A stretch of 64,000 bases of DNA from an uncultured Candidatus Saccharibacteria bacterium (GTDB lineage: Bacteria; Patescibacteriota; Minisyncoccia; Minisyncoccales; GWA2-38-27). A program made the position numbers and the translations under genes. The stretch covers positions 7,540 through 71,539 of the forward strand of contig CAYZKD010000001.1 in the NCBI GenBank assembly GCA_964479375.1, written 5' to 3'. This document shows, piece by piece, positions 1-9,791 of this stretch (positions are counted from its first letter, which is position 1; each line of letters starts with the position of its first letter). The notes below the pieces were generated by a model. It did no database searches. It was not told the DNA's origin and worked only from the letters and a program-made list of their open reading frames with translations.

Positions 1-58
1 GAAGAAATGGACAGATAAATTAATAATAAAAAGAAGAAAAAAGAAGAAAAATAGATAA
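1..58 (+). CDS. rplB: 50S ribosomal protein L2, C-terminal fragment
   Basis: Frame from nt 2 reads [18 protein letters not shown]; directly upstream of rpsS, as in the S10 operon. Confidence 0.8.
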   Translation, partial: KKWTDKLIIKRRKKKKNR

Positions 59-60
59 AT

Positions 61-369
61 ATGGCTAGATCGCTTAAAAAAGGCCCGTATATTGATGAGA
101 ATCTGATAAATAAGGTGAAGAATTCCAAGTTGGGCGATAAGATAAAGACTTGGTCCAGACAATGTACCATAGTGCCGGAAATGGTGGGTTTTAATTTTGG
201 CGTTTATAACGGCAAAGAATTTGTAGATGTGAGCGTAACAGAAGATATGGTCGGCCACAAACTTGGGGAGTTTTCTCCCGCTACCAAATTCTCCAGGCAC
301 GGAGGCAGAATACAGAGAGAAATAGAGAAAAAGCCCGCCTCCGGCGGTCCGCCAGAAAAATCTAAATAA
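61..369 (+). CDS. rpsS: 30S ribosomal protein S19
   Basis: [25 protein letters not shown]. Confidence 0.98.
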   Translation: MARSLKKGPYIDENLINKVKNSKLGDKIKTWSRQCTIVPEMVGFNFGVYNGKEFVDVSVTEDMVGHKLGEFSPATKFSRHGGRIQREIEKKPASGGPPEKSK

Positions 370-377
370 TTTGATTT

Positions 378-905
378 ATGCAAGTTAATGCCCGCTTAAA
401 ACATCTTAGGGTGGCGCCCAGGAAAGTAAGGCTTGTTGCCGATGTGATCAGGAACAAAAAGGCAGAAGAAGCCCAGAACATTTTGAGTTTTACGGTCAGG
501 AAAGCAGCAAAACCCATGCTTGATTTGGTTAATTCTGCCCTGGCTAACGCTCAGAACAATTTTCAACTTGACTCTAAAAATTTATACATTTCCAAGATAA
601 TGGTTGGCGAGGGGCCTAAACTGAAAAGATGGAAACCCCGGGCGAGGGGACAGGCGGGAGCAATCCAGAAAAAAACATCGCATATAACTTTGGTTTTAGA
701 TGAAGTCAGGGCTAAGTCCGAAAAGAAAAAAAGCAAGGAAAAGCCAGAAGTAGTAAAGAGGCCGGGGACAGATATTAAAGATGCTATAAAGGAGCCTCCG
801 AAAGAGAAGAAAAAAAAGGAGTTCAAAAAGCAGGATAAAGGTTTTAAGAAACCCAAACAGGCTTCAGGAGCAGGCCCTAGAATTTTTAGGAGAAAATCTA
901 TATAA
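378..905 (+). CDS. rplV: 50S ribosomal protein L22 with long Lys-rich C-terminal extension
   Basis: APRKVRLVAD, PRARG, TSHITLV. Confidence 0.97.
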   Translation: MQVNARLKHLRVAPRKVRLVADVIRNKKAEEAQNILSFTVRKAAKPMLDLVNSALANAQNNFQLDSKNLYISKIMVGEGPKLKRWKPRARGQAGAIQKKTSHITLVLDEVRAKSEKKKSKEKPEVVKRPGTDIKDAIKEPPKEKKKKEFKKQDKGFKKPKQASGAGPRIFRRKSI

Positions 906-914
906 TTAATATTT

Positions 915-1598
915 ATGGCACACAAAGTTGATCCAAAAACATTTAGGACGAGAAGGATTTCTGATTGGAAGACCCGTGCTTTTTATGAGAATCCTGCCAG
1001 ATACCTTGAAGAAGATTTTGTAATAAGAGAATTTTTAAAAGAAAAACTGGAAAAGTTTGGATTGGAGGAGATAGAGATTGAAAGATCCGCAGCCAAGCTT
1101 AGTATTATAATCACCAGTTCTCGCCCCGGTCTGATAATCGGCAGAGGGGGAGAGGGCGTAGAGATCATAAAAAAAGGACTGGAAGAAAAACTGAATAAGA
1201 TTTCCAAACATCCTTGGCAGAAAGACAAGGGAAGAAAAAAAAGAGAAGGAGATAAAAGAGAAATGAAGATAGAGATCAAAGAGATTAAAAATCCCTGGGT
1301 CTCTGCCAGCTTGACAGCCCAGTGGGCCGCTTCCCAATTGGAGAAGAGAATGGCTTATAGAAGGGTTTTAAAGCAGGCCCTGAGCAAGATGGTGGCCAAC
1401 AAAGAGGTTAAGGGAGCAAGGATAGAGTTGTCGGGACGCCTTAATGGTGCCGAAATTGCAAGAAGGCAATGGGTCGCTTCGGGCAACCTTCCCTTGCAGA
1501 CCCTAAGGGCCGACATTGACTATGCCAAGCACATAGCAAGATGTTCTTACGGGGTGATTGGAATAAAAGTTTGGATTTATAAAGGAGAATTATTCTAA
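915..1598 (+). CDS. rpsC: 30S ribosomal protein S3
   Basis: KH motif RPGLIIGRGG; PLQTLRADIDY; GIKVWIYKGE. Confidence 0.98.
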   Translation: MAHKVDPKTFRTRRISDWKTRAFYENPARYLEEDFVIREFLKEKLEKFGLEEIEIERSAAKLSIIITSSRPGLIIGRGGEGVEIIKKGLEEKLNKISKHPWQKDKGRKKREGDKREMKIEIKEIKNPWVSASLTAQWAASQLEKRMAYRRVLKQALSKMVANKEVKGARIELSGRLNGAEIARRQWVASGNLPLQTLRADIDYAKHIARCSYGVIGIKVWIYKGELF

Positions 1599-1602
1599 GA
1601 CT

Positions 1603-2013
1603 ATGGCCCTTTTAATGCCTAAAAAAGTAAAACATAGGAAACAAAGACAGAGAGCGCATAAGGGAAAGGACAAAAAAGCCACGGAACTCCACTTTGGAAA
1701 TTGGGGGCTTAAGGCAATGACTGAAAGATGGATTACTTCCAGCCAGATCGAGGCTGCCAGAAGAAGCATTATCAGATATCTGAAAAAGGGAGGGAAGGTT
1801 TGGATAAGAGTATTTCCCAATAAAGCAGTGAGCAAGAAAGGAACAGAGGTGCCCATGGGAGGGGGCAAGGGAGCTGTCGACCACTATGTTTATCCTGTGA
1901 GAAAAGGGAGAATTCTTTTCGAAGTAAGCGGTATCCCGGAAGCAGAAGCCAGCGAGGCGTTGAGAAAAGCAGGAAACAAACTGCCGCTAAAAACAAAGTT
2001 TGTCAAAAGATAA
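1603..2013 (+). CDS. rplP: 50S ribosomal protein L16
   Basis: QIEAARR, GKVWIRVFP, MGGGKG. Confidence 0.98.
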   Translation: MALLMPKKVKHRKQRQRAHKGKDKKATELHFGNWGLKAMTERWITSSQIEAARRSIIRYLKKGGKVWIRVFPNKAVSKKGTEVPMGGGKGAVDHYVYPVRKGRILFEVSGIPEAEASEALRKAGNKLPLKTKFVKR

Positions 2014-2199
2014 ATGAAAACCAAAGAATTAAGACAAAAAAATAAAAAGGAGATGCGGCAGACACTTCGCAATTTAAGAGAAAAATTAAGGCAGCTAAGG
2101 TTTGATCTTTCTGCTGGGAAAGTAAAGAATGTTAAAGAATTGAGGGAGATTAAGAAAGATATTGCCAAAACCCTTACTGTTTTAAATGAAAAAGAATAA
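2014..2199 (+). CDS. rpmC: 50S ribosomal protein L29
   Basis: LRF...[11 protein letters not shown]; operon position. Confidence 0.96.
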   Translation: MKTKELRQKNKKEMRQTLRNLREKLRQLRFDLSAGKVKNVKELREIKKDIAKTLTVLNEKE

Positions 2200-2201
2200 T
2201 T

Positions 2202-2471
2202 ATGCCTAAAAAAAGATTAACAGGAACAGTCGTTTCCAATAAAATGAACAAAACCCTGGTTGTGGAGGTTGAACGAAAAAAAGAACACCCAAAGTATAAG
2301 AGAAAGTACCGGGTTGGAAAAAGATACAAGGCCCACTATGAAAATGGAGAGTTTAAAGTTGGAAGCAGGGTTGTGATAGAGGAGTGTCCTCCCAAGAGCA
2401 AAGATAAAAAATGGAGAGTGGTTCAGGGTGATCCTTCCTTGGAAGAGCAGTCCGGTAACCCAGATAATTAA
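2202..2471 (+). CDS. rpsQ: 30S ribosomal protein S17
   Basis: [24 protein letters not shown]. Confidence 0.97.
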   Translation: MPKKRLTGTVVSNKMNKTLVVEVERKKEHPKYKRKYRVGKRYKAHYENGEFKVGSRVVIEECPPKSKDKKWRVVQGDPSLEEQSGNPDN

Positions 2472-2473
2472 TT

Positions 2474-2842
2474 ATGATTCAGACTCAGACAAAATTGAAA
2501 GTGGCAGATAATTCAGGGGCAAAGATTATAGAATGCATTAAGGTGTTGGGGTCAAGCAGAAAAAGGTATGCTCAGTTAGGGGACATTATCGTAGCCGCTG
2601 TCAAAGAGGCAGATCCCAGGAGGCCGGTCGAGAAACATCAGGTAGTTAAGGCAGTAATAGCCAGACAAAAAAAGCCTTTTAGGAGAAAGAATGGCTTTTA
2701 CATATCTTTTGACGAGAACGCGGCCGTGGTTTTAGGGAACAACAAAGAACCCAAAGGGGGGAGAATTTTCGGTCCCATTGCCAAGGAATTAAGAGAAAAG
2801 GGATTCGAGAAAATAACTAATTTAGCAAAAGACATTGTTTAA
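2474..2842 (+). CDS. rplN: 50S ribosomal protein L14
   Basis: VADNSGAK, FDENAAV, RIFGPIAKELR. Confidence 0.98.
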   Translation: MIQTQTKLKVADNSGAKIIECIKVLGSSRKRYAQLGDIIVAAVKEADPRRPVEKHQVVKAVIARQKKPFRRKNGFYISFDENAAVVLGNNKEPKGGRIFGPIAKELREKGFEKITNLAKDIV

Positions 2843-2843
2843 A

Positions 2844-3155
2844 ATGCATATTCGCAAAGGCGACAAAGTTTTAGTGGTCGCGGGGAAAGACAAAGGAAGA
2901 AAGGGCAAGGTGATAGATGTTTTTCCGAAACAAGGCAAGATTTCTGTCGAAGGTCTTAATTTAAAGAAGAAAAGCATTAAGCCGAAAAAGTCTGGGGAGA
3001 AGGGACAGATAGTCCAGGCTCCTGCTCCGGTTATTTCTTCAAACGTGAAGGTTGTCTGTAGCAAGTGCGGCAAGCCCACTCGAGTGGGTTACAAAAAAGA
3101 AGGAGATAATAAATACAGGGTTTGCAAGAAATGCAAGGAGGCAATAGACAGTTAA
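2844..3155 (+). CDS. rplX: 50S ribosomal protein L24
   Basis: KOW motif KGDKVLVVAGKDKGRKG; ATG at 2844 preferred over the TTG start at 2835. Confidence 0.97.
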   Translation: MHIRKGDKVLVVAGKDKGRKGKVIDVFPKQGKISVEGLNLKKKSIKPKKSGEKGQIVQAPAPVISSNVKVVCSKCGKPTRVGYKKEGDNKYRVCKKCKEAIDS

Positions 3156-3253
3156 TTATGAAAAAGGCAATTACCCTGACACCCGGTTTAAGAAACCTCT
3201 CGGTTTTTTACTTTTTTCCGACACAGGGTAATCGCCATAATTAAAAAATTATG
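3152..3253 (+). mobile_element. Fold-back element copy A between rplX and rplE
   Basis: Outer stem 3166-3178/3224-3236; inner AAGAAACC-tctc-GGTTTTTT hairpin; TTTTCCGACAC motif; CATAATTAA (3236-3244) complements TTAATTATG (3152-3160); AATTATG on both sides. Confidence 0.6.
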
Positions 3254-3817
3254 GGTAACATAAAGGAAAAATACCAAAAAGAGGCAGTTCCTCAAATAAT
3301 GAAAGAGGAGAAAGTAAAAAGTCCCATGGCAGTCCCCGCTATTGAAAAAGTGGTAGTGAGCACTGGTTTTGGCAAAAAAGTTGCCGGCCTGGGCTCAGAC
3401 GCGCAGAAGAAGACTTCTTCTTCTATTGCCAAAGACCTTTCCTTGATTACAGGCCAGTACCCCGTGTTGAATAATGCGAGGAGGGCCATTTCCAGTTTTA
3501 AATTAAGAAAAGGAATGCCAGTGGGCGCTTCGGTTGTTTTAAGGGGAGAAAAAATGTACGATTTTCTGGAGAGGGTTATTAACATAGCTCTCCCCAGATC
3601 CCGAGATTTTAGCGGGATCCCCTTGAAATCTTTTGATAGGGAGGGTAACCTTACTATACCAGTAAAAGAACATACTGTTTTCCCCGAAATTTTACCTGAA
3701 GACTCTAAGGTTTCTTTCGGCTTGGAAATAACAGTAGTTACTACTGCTAATAAAAAAGAAGGGGGCGTAAAATTGCTGAGATTATTGGGCTTTCCTCTTA
3801 GAAAAGAAGAATTATAA
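3251..3817 (+). CDS. rplE: 50S ribosomal protein L5
   Basis: [26 protein letters not shown]. Confidence 0.98.
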   Translation: MGNIKEKYQKEAVPQIMKEEKVKSPMAVPAIEKVVVSTGFGKKVAGLGSDAQKKTSSSIAKDLSLITGQYPVLNNARRAISSFKLRKGMPVGASVVLRGEKMYDFLERVINIALPRSRDFSGIPLKSFDREGNLTIPVKEHTVFPEILPEDSKVSFGLEITVVTTANKKEGGVKLLRLLGFPLRKEEL

Positions 3818-3819
3818 AT

Positions 3820-4005
3820 ATGGCTAAAGAGTCGCAAATAGCAAAATCAAATAAAAAACCGAAATATAGCACCAGGGTAGTAAGGCGTTGCTTTAGGTGT
3901 GGAAGAAAGAGGGGCTATATGAGGAAATTCGGTTTGTGCAGGATATGCTTTAGGGAAATGGCAAATAAAGGAGAAATCCCCGGGATTAAAAAATCATCTT
4001 GGTAA
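3820..4005 (+). CDS. rpsZ: 30S ribosomal protein S14, zinc-binding short type
   Basis: 61 aa, CFRC...[13 protein letters not shown]. Confidence 0.96.
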   Translation: MAKESQIAKSNKKPKYSTRVVRRCFRCGRKRGYMRKFGLCRICFREMANKGEIPGIKKSSW

Positions 4006-4012
4006 ATTATTT

Positions 4013-4420
4013 ATGACAGATCCAGTATCAGATATGCTAAACAGAATAAGGAATGCCCAGGCAGTTTGTGCGCCGTCAGTGCCGGTTCCCTTTTCTAATT
4101 TTAAATATCAAATAGCAAAGGTTTTAGAAAAAGAGGGGTACGTCAAGAAAGTAGAGAGAAAAGGAAAAAAGCCCGATAAAACGATCAAGATTGATTTGAA
4201 ATACATAAAAGACCCTTCTTCAATAATGCCTGCTCCGTTTATCAATGGTCTAAAAAAAACCTCAAAGCCGGGACAGAGAATCTATGCCTCCAGCAAGGAT
4301 ATGAGAACCACTAAGGGTAAACTTTCTCAATTGATTGTGACTACCTCCGAGGGAGCAATGACAGCAAGAGAGGCTAAAAAGAAAAATGTTGGAGGAGAAA
4401 TAATTTTTGAGATCTGGTAA
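4013..4420 (+). CDS. rpsH: 30S ribosomal protein S8
   Basis: DPVSDMLNRIRNA, SKPGQRIY, VGGEI. Confidence 0.97.
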   Translation: MTDPVSDMLNRIRNAQAVCAPSVPVPFSNFKYQIAKVLEKEGYVKKVERKGKKPDKTIKIDLKYIKDPSSIMPAPFINGLKKTSKPGQRIYASSKDMRTTKGKLSQLIVTTSEGAMTAREAKKKNVGGEIIFEIW

Positions 4421-4422
4421 TT

Positions 4423-4971
4423 ATGTCTAGAATAGGAAAAAAACCAATATCAATTCCCGAAGGGGTGGAAGTTCAGAAAGAAGGAGAAAAAATAAAAGTA
4501 AAAGGCTCTAAAGGAGAATTAGAGAGGGCTGTTAACCCTGAAATCAGGGTTGAAATAAAAGAAAACCGGATATCGGTTATTCCTCAGGGAGAAACCAAAA
4601 AAACAAAAGCCCTCTGGGGTTTAAACAGGGCCCTTATTGCCAATATGGTCCAAGGAGTCACCAATGGTTTTGAAAAGAAACTGGAAATAGAAGGAGTGGG
4701 TTATAAGGCAAGGATGGAGGGCAATGATTTGATAATCGAGGTTGGATTTTCCCATCCCGTAAAAATTGCTGCCCCTGAAGGAATTAATTTTTCCGTAGTA
4801 AAAAATATTATAACCGTTTTTGGCATAGAGAAAGACAAGGTGGGACAGTTGGCAGCCAAAATAAGAAGAGTTAAGCCGCCAGAGCCTTATAAAGGCAAGG
4901 GCATTAGATATCAAGGCGAGAAAATTAGAAGAAAGGCCGGCAAAAAAGCAGCAGCGTCTGAAGGAGAATAA
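4423..4971 (+). CDS. rplF: 50S ribosomal protein L6
   Basis: MSRIGKKP, PEPYKGKGIRY. Confidence 0.98.
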   Translation: MSRIGKKPISIPEGVEVQKEGEKIKVKGSKGELERAVNPEIRVEIKENRISVIPQGETKKTKALWGLNRALIANMVQGVTNGFEKKLEIEGVGYKARMEGNDLIIEVGFSHPVKIAAPEGINFSVVKNIITVFGIEKDKVGQLAAKIRRVKPPEPYKGKGIRYQGEKIRRKAGKKAAASEGE

Positions 4972-4973
4972 TT

Positions 4974-5339
4974 ATGACAGTTAATACAAAGACCAAAAGA
5001 AAAAGAAGACACAGGGCGTTGAGGCAAAAAATAAAGGGGGTAGCCGGCCGGCCGCGCCTTTGCGTTTTTAGGTCTTCAAAGCATATATATGCTCAATTAG
5101 TTGACGACCAGAAAAGGAAGACTCTTCTTTCTGCTTCGGACAAGGAGATCGGGAAGAAGAGATCCCCTAAGGATTATTCCGGGAAAAAGGGGAAAGCATA
5201 CGTTGTCGGACAAATAATAGCCCAGAAATCTCAGGATAAGGAAATAAAGGAAGCGGTTTTTGACAGAGGAGGGTACAAATACTGTGGTAGAGTCAAGGCC
5301 TTGGCAGAAGGAGCCAGAAAAGAAGGTCTAAGGTTCTAA
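4974..5339 (+). CDS. rplR: 50S ribosomal protein L18
   Basis: RPRLCVFRS, VFDRGGYKY, ALAEGAR. Confidence 0.98.
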   Translation: MTVNTKTKRKRRHRALRQKIKGVAGRPRLCVFRSSKHIYAQLVDDQKRKTLLSASDKEIGKKRSPKDYSGKKGKAYVVGQIIAQKSQDKEIKEAVFDRGGYKYCGRVKALAEGARKEGLRF

Positions 5340-5341
5340 AT

Positions 5342-5830
5342 ATGCAAAATACTAAAAAAATGCCTAAAAGAAGGTTTGAAAAAAAGGACGAGTTTGAGTC
5401 CAAGCTTTTAGACTTAGCCAGAATCGCCAGGATGACAGCAGGCGGAAGACGTTTTAGGTTCAGGGCCCTTGTTATAGTAGGAAACATGAAGGGCAAAGTT
5501 GGTTTTGGCATAGCAAAAGGGGAGGATGTTTCTCAAGCCGTGGAAAAAGCGACCAAAAAAGCAAAAAAGGATCTGGTGGAGGTGCCCATTGTGGAAGACA
5601 CTATTCCTTGCCAAGTGGAAGCCAAATGCGGAGCAGCCCATATTTTATTGAAACCTCAGAGCAAAGGAAGAGGTCTCGTCGCAGGAGGGACAGTAAGGAC
5701 TTTGTGTCTGCTCGCGGGTATTAAGAATATATCCTCTAAGATCATAGGAAAGACAGTCAATAAGGTCAATAACACCAAGGCCACTATTAAGGGTTTTAAG
5801 AAATTAGAAACCTTTGCCAGGAAAAAGTAA
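5342..5830 (+). CDS. rpsE: 30S ribosomal protein S5
   Basis: GGRRFRFRALV, GKVGFG, GLVAGG. Confidence 0.97.
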   Translation: MQNTKKMPKRRFEKKDEFESKLLDLARIARMTAGGRRFRFRALVIVGNMKGKVGFGIAKGEDVSQAVEKATKKAKKDLVEVPIVEDTIPCQVEAKCGAAHILLKPQSKGRGLVAGGTVRTLCLLAGIKNISSKIIGKTVNKVNNTKATIKGFKKLETFARKK

Positions 5831-5832
5831 TT

Positions 5833-6264
5833 ATGCAGTTGCAAGACTTAAAACCAAAACATAAAATAAAAGAAAGAAAGAGAATAGGCAGAGGGGGAAC
5901 GGGAGGTACTTACTCTGGCAGAGGAATAAAGGGCCAGAAAGCTAGAGCCGGCCGTACAACCAAACCGATCATCAGGGGCTTTATTAAGAGATTTCATAAA
6001 TTAAGGGGGTATCAAAATAAAGCCAGGAATAATTTAGTGAGAGTGGTTGACCTGGACCAACTGGAAAAGAGCTTTAAGGGTTTAGAAAAAGTGAGTCCCT
6101 CTTCTTTGGTGGAGAAAGGAGTAGTTTCTAAAATTAAAGGCAGATTGCCTAAGATCAAGATACTGGCAGATGGAGAGATTAAAAAGAAATTGGAAGTAAA
6201 AAAATGCCAAGTTTCTGCTAAAGCCAAAGAGAAAATAGAAAAATCAGGAGGCAGGATTTTATAA
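5833..6264 (+). CDS. rplO: 50S ribosomal protein L15
   Basis: RIGRGG, GRGIKGQKAR, AKEKIEKSGG. Confidence 0.97.
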   Translation: MQLQDLKPKHKIKERKRIGRGGTGGTYSGRGIKGQKARAGRTTKPIIRGFIKRFHKLRGYQNKARNNLVRVVDLDQLEKSFKGLEKVSPSSLVEKGVVSKIKGRLPKIKILADGEIKKKLEVKKCQVSAKAKEKIEKSGGRIL

Positions 6265-7541
6265 TGTGGTATCAAAAAGTAGTCCAAATTTTTAAAATAA
6301 AAGAATTGAGAAACAAGGCGCTTTTTGTTCTCGGTGTTTTTGCTATTTTTCGGGTAATGGCTAATATTCCTATTCCCGGCATTAACGCCGAGAATCTGCA
6401 GAATTTCTTCAATCAATTTCAGATGTTCGGTCTTTTAAACGTGTTCACCGGAGGCGCTTTAGACAAGCTTTCTGTTGTTATGTTGGGACTGGGCCCTTAC
6501 ATTACGGCCGTCATTATTCTCCAGCTACTAACCATGATCTTTCCTCAACTGGAAAAGATATATCACGAGGAAGGAGAGGCGGGCAAGAAGAAGTTTAACC
6601 AATACGGCAGGCTGGCCACCATCCCTCTGGCTTTACTCCAAGGATATGGAATGCTTACTCTTCTGCAGAGACAGGGGGCGATCACCAATACGACTCCCGG
6701 AGTGATGGTAAGTTCTTTGGTTACTATCACAGCGGGCACTGTTCTTTTGATGTGGCTAGGAGAGCTTATTACAGAAAAAGGAATCGGAAACGGAGTTTCT
6801 CTTTTGATCTTTGCAGGAATTATTGCTGGTTTTCCCAGCAATATTCGCCAGATGATAATCACATGGGACGTTTCCAAGGCCCCCTCCTACCTCCTATTCT
6901 TCGCCACAGCCCTTTTAATTATAGCAGGAGTAGTGTGGATTACTCAGGGGAGGCGAAATATACCTATATCTTACGCCAAGAGAGTAAGGGGGAGAAAGGT
7001 TTACGGAGGAGTTTCCACCTATTTGCCTCTTAATGTAAATCCGGCAGGAGTAATTCCTATCATCTTTGCTTTGGCCGTTCTTCTTTTCCCAAGCATGATA
7101 GCCAACTTTTTCGCGGGGTCTGAAGGATTTATAGGGAACGCTGCTCAGGCGGTAAGTGGTTTCTTTTCCAATCCTTGGATTCATGGCATATTCTACTTTG
7201 GTCTGGTTGTTTTATTCACCTTTTTTTATACTGCTGTTACCTTTGACCCTAAGTCCATTGCTTCTAATCTTCAAAAAATGGGAGGATTTATACCCGGCAC
7301 AAGGCCTGGCAAACCTACAGCAGATTTTCTGAAATATATATTAAAAAGAGTATTATTAATCGGCGCTCTCTTTTTGGGGACTATTGCGGTTATGCCCTCT
7401 ATTGTCGGAGGGGTTACCGGCGTTACTACTTTTGGCTTCTTAATAGGAGGAACCTCTATTCTGATTGTGGTTTCTGTTGTTTTGGAGACAATGAAACAGA
7501 TCAACGCTCAACTTCAAATGAGAGAGTACGAGACATTTTAA
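6264..7541 (+). CDS. secY: Preprotein translocase SecY
   Basis: LGPYITA, GIGNGVSL, GVIPIIFA, IPGTRPG; multiple TM segments. Confidence 0.98.
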   Translation: MWYQKVVQIFKIKELRNKALFVLGVFAIFRVMANIPIPGINAENLQNFFNQFQMFGLLNVFTGGALDKLSVVMLGLGPYITAVIILQLLTMIFPQLEKIYHEEGEAGKKKFNQYGRLATIPLALLQGYGMLTLLQRQGAITNTTPGVMVSSLVTITAGTVLLMWLGELITEKGIGNGVSLLIFAGIIAGFPSNIRQMIITWDVSKAPSYLLFFATALLIIAGVVWITQGRRNIPISYAKRVRGRKVYGGVSTYLPLNVNPAGVIPIIFALAVLLFPSMIANFFAGSEGFIGNAAQAVSGFFSNPWIHGIFYFGLVVLFTFFYTAVTFDPKSIASNLQKMGGFIPGTRPGKPTADFLKYILKRVLLIGALFLGTIAVMPSIVGGVTGVTTFGFLIGGTSILIVVSVVLETMKQINAQLQMREYETF

Positions 7542-8239
7542 TGAAAAAACAAGTTATTATATTATTCGGTCCTCCGGGAGCCGGCAAAGGGACTCAGGCA
7601 GAATTGCTGTCTGACAAATTAAGTTTGTATTATTTTGAAACAAGCAAGATTTTAGAGAGAGAATTTGTTAAAGCCGAGGATTCAGACAAAAGGTATATTG
7701 AGGAAGACGGAAAGAAATACGATATCCTTGACGAAAAGAAATTGTGGCAGGGAGGGAAGCTGTGCAGCCCTCCCTTTGTAGCCAATCTTGTTAAAAAAGA
7801 GATAAGAGAGCTGGCAGAAAAAGGAGAGAGCTTGGTTTTAGCAGGATCTCCCCGCACCCTTTATGAGGGAGAGAAAATAACCCCCGTCTTGAAAGACCTT
7901 TACGGAGAAGCCAATATTAAGGTTTTATTCATCGAGATATCTCCCGGAGAAACGCTTTTCAGGAATTCGCATCGCAGAATTTGCGAACTAATGAGGCACC
8001 CCATTTTGTATACAGAACAGACCAAAGACCTTACTATCTGCCCCCTGGACGGGTCTGATCTGGTTGAGAGGAAAGGGTTAGACGATCCTGAGACCATAAA
8101 AGTGAGATTAAAGGAGTACGAAGAAAGAACTCTTCCCTTGCTCGATTTCTTTAAAAAAGAGGGGGTGGGAGTTAGAAAAATTAATGGAGAGCAGTCAGTG
8201 TCCGATGTCTTTAGAGATGTCCAGAAGGCGCTGGAATAA
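7541..8239 (+). CDS. adk: Adenylate kinase
   Basis: P-loop GPPGAGKGT, GSPRT, lid with Cys/His/Asp; position after secY. Confidence 0.93.
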   Translation: MKKQVIILFGPPGAGKGTQAELLSDKLSLYYFETSKILEREFVKAEDSDKRYIEEDGKKYDILDEKKLWQGGKLCSPPFVANLVKKEIRELAEKGESLVLAGSPRTLYEGEKITPVLKDLYGEANIKVLFIEISPGETLFRNSHRRICELMRHPILYTEQTKDLTICPLDGSDLVERKGLDDPETIKVRLKEYEERTLPLLDFFKKEGVGVRKINGEQSVSDVFRDVQKALE

Positions 8240-8241
8240 TT

Positions 8242-8994
8242 ATGGGGGTGATAATTAAAAACAAACGAGAAATTCAGGTTATGGCAGAATCTGGGAAGAT
8301 TTTAGCCAAGATCTTAAAAGAGGTCGCCACCAACGTTAGGCCGGGAATTACTACCAATTATTTAAACAAGGTCGCAGAAGACCTTGTTTTTAAGTATAAA
8401 GTAAAGCCTTCTTTTGAGGGATACGACGGATTTCCTGCTGTTTTATGCACTTCTGTGAATGAGGAGATCGTTCATGCTGTGCCCTCGGAGAGAAAGCTTC
8501 AGGAAGGAGATATATTGTCTCTGGATATGGGGGTTTGCTATAAGGGGTTCCATTCTGACATGGCTGTGACTTTGCCTGTGGGAGAGATCGGCTCTGAGGC
8601 CGGCAGATTGATTAAGACTACCAAAAAAGCCCTTAAGAGAGGGATTAAAAAAGCCAAGCCCGGCAACGCCTTGGGAGACATAGGGAATACTATGCAGCGC
8701 TTTGTTGAGGGACAGGGATTCGGCGTAGTCAGAGATCTTTGCGGACACGGCATAGGCCGGAATCTCCACGAAGACCCCCAAGTTCTTAATTTTGGCAAGC
8801 GTCACAAGGGGATGGAATTAAAAGAAGGCATGGTTATTTGCATAGAGCCCATGGTCGCAATGGGAGGCTATAGAATAGAGAAGACAGAAGACAATCATGG
8901 CTACAAGACATGCGACAATTCTTTATCTGCCCATTTTGAGCATACTTTGGTCATAACAAGAAAGGGGGCAAGGGTGCTTACTTTCTTGGAATAA
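8242..8994 (+). CDS. map: Methionine aminopeptidase type I
   Basis: CTSVNEEIVH, GHGIG..LHEDP, SAHFEHT. Confidence 0.98.
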   Translation: MGVIIKNKREIQVMAESGKILAKILKEVATNVRPGITTNYLNKVAEDLVFKYKVKPSFEGYDGFPAVLCTSVNEEIVHAVPSERKLQEGDILSLDMGVCYKGFHSDMAVTLPVGEIGSEAGRLIKTTKKALKRGIKKAKPGNALGDIGNTMQRFVEGQGFGVVRDLCGHGIGRNLHEDPQVLNFGKRHKGMELKEGMVICIEPMVAMGGYRIEKTEDNHGYKTCDNSLSAHFEHTLVITRKGARVLTFLE

Positions 8995-9059
8995 TTTTCC
9001 ACTTATTTAATTTATGTTTTTCTGTTAGAATAAGATAAGAATAATATAAAAAATACTTT

Positions 9060-9791
9060 ATGTACTTATCTGTTATTGTTCCGGCCTATAATGAGGAGAG
9101 GAGGCTGCCCAAAACCTTAAGATCTATTAATGGCTATTTAGAAAATCAAAACTACGATTATGAGATTCTGGTGGTTTCTGACGGGTCTAAAGACAAAACA
9201 GCAGAGGTTGCCCGCGATCTTATGGGTGAGATCGGCGGATTGAGAGTAATAGACAATAAAAAAAACCATGGCAAGGGTTTTGTTGTAAGGCAGGGCTTAA
9301 CGGAGGCCAAGGGAGAAATAAGGCTATTTACAGACGCTGACGACTCTACCTCCGTAGACCAGGTAGAAAAGATGTTCCCCTTTTTCAAAAAGGGCTTTGA
9401 TATCGTAATAGGATCTAGGGACATAAAGGGCGCAGTTTTGGATCCCCCTCAGCCTTGGCGCAGAAGAATAATAGGGGACGTCTTCAATTTAATGGTTCAG
9501 GTTGTTGTGGGGCTTTGGGGTGTTTGGGATACTCAGTGCGGATTTAAGGCTTTTTCTTCAAGAGTTGTTCAGGATGTCCTGTCTTTGTGCGAGATAGACA
9601 GATGGGCCTTTGATCCTGAAGTGCTAAAGATAGCAAAGAAAAAAGGGTATAAGATAAAAGAGGTTCCCGTGAGGTGGGTTAACGATCCCGACAGCAAAGT
9701 GAATCTAAAAGGAATGATGAGGATGGGGGTGGATCTCCTTAAGATAAGGTGGAATTTAATTACTGGAAAATATGCCCAAAAAGAAAAATAA
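9060..9791 (+). CDS. GT2 glycosyltransferase, dolichyl/polyprenyl-phosphate glucosyltransferase-like
   Basis: SVIVPAYNE, DGSKD, FTDAD, DTQCGFK. Confidence 0.9.
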   Translation: MYLSVIVPAYNEERRLPKTLRSINGYLENQNYDYEILVVSDGSKDKTAEVARDLMGEIGGLRVIDNKKNHGKGFVVRQGLTEAKGEIRLFTDADDSTSVDQVEKMFPFFKKGFDIVIGSRDIKGAVLDPPQPWRRRIIGDVFNLMVQVVVGLWGVWDTQCGFKAFSSRVVQDVLSLCEIDRWAFDPEVLKIAKKKGYKIKEVPVRWVNDPDSKVNLKGMMRMGVDLLKIRWNLITGKYAQKEK

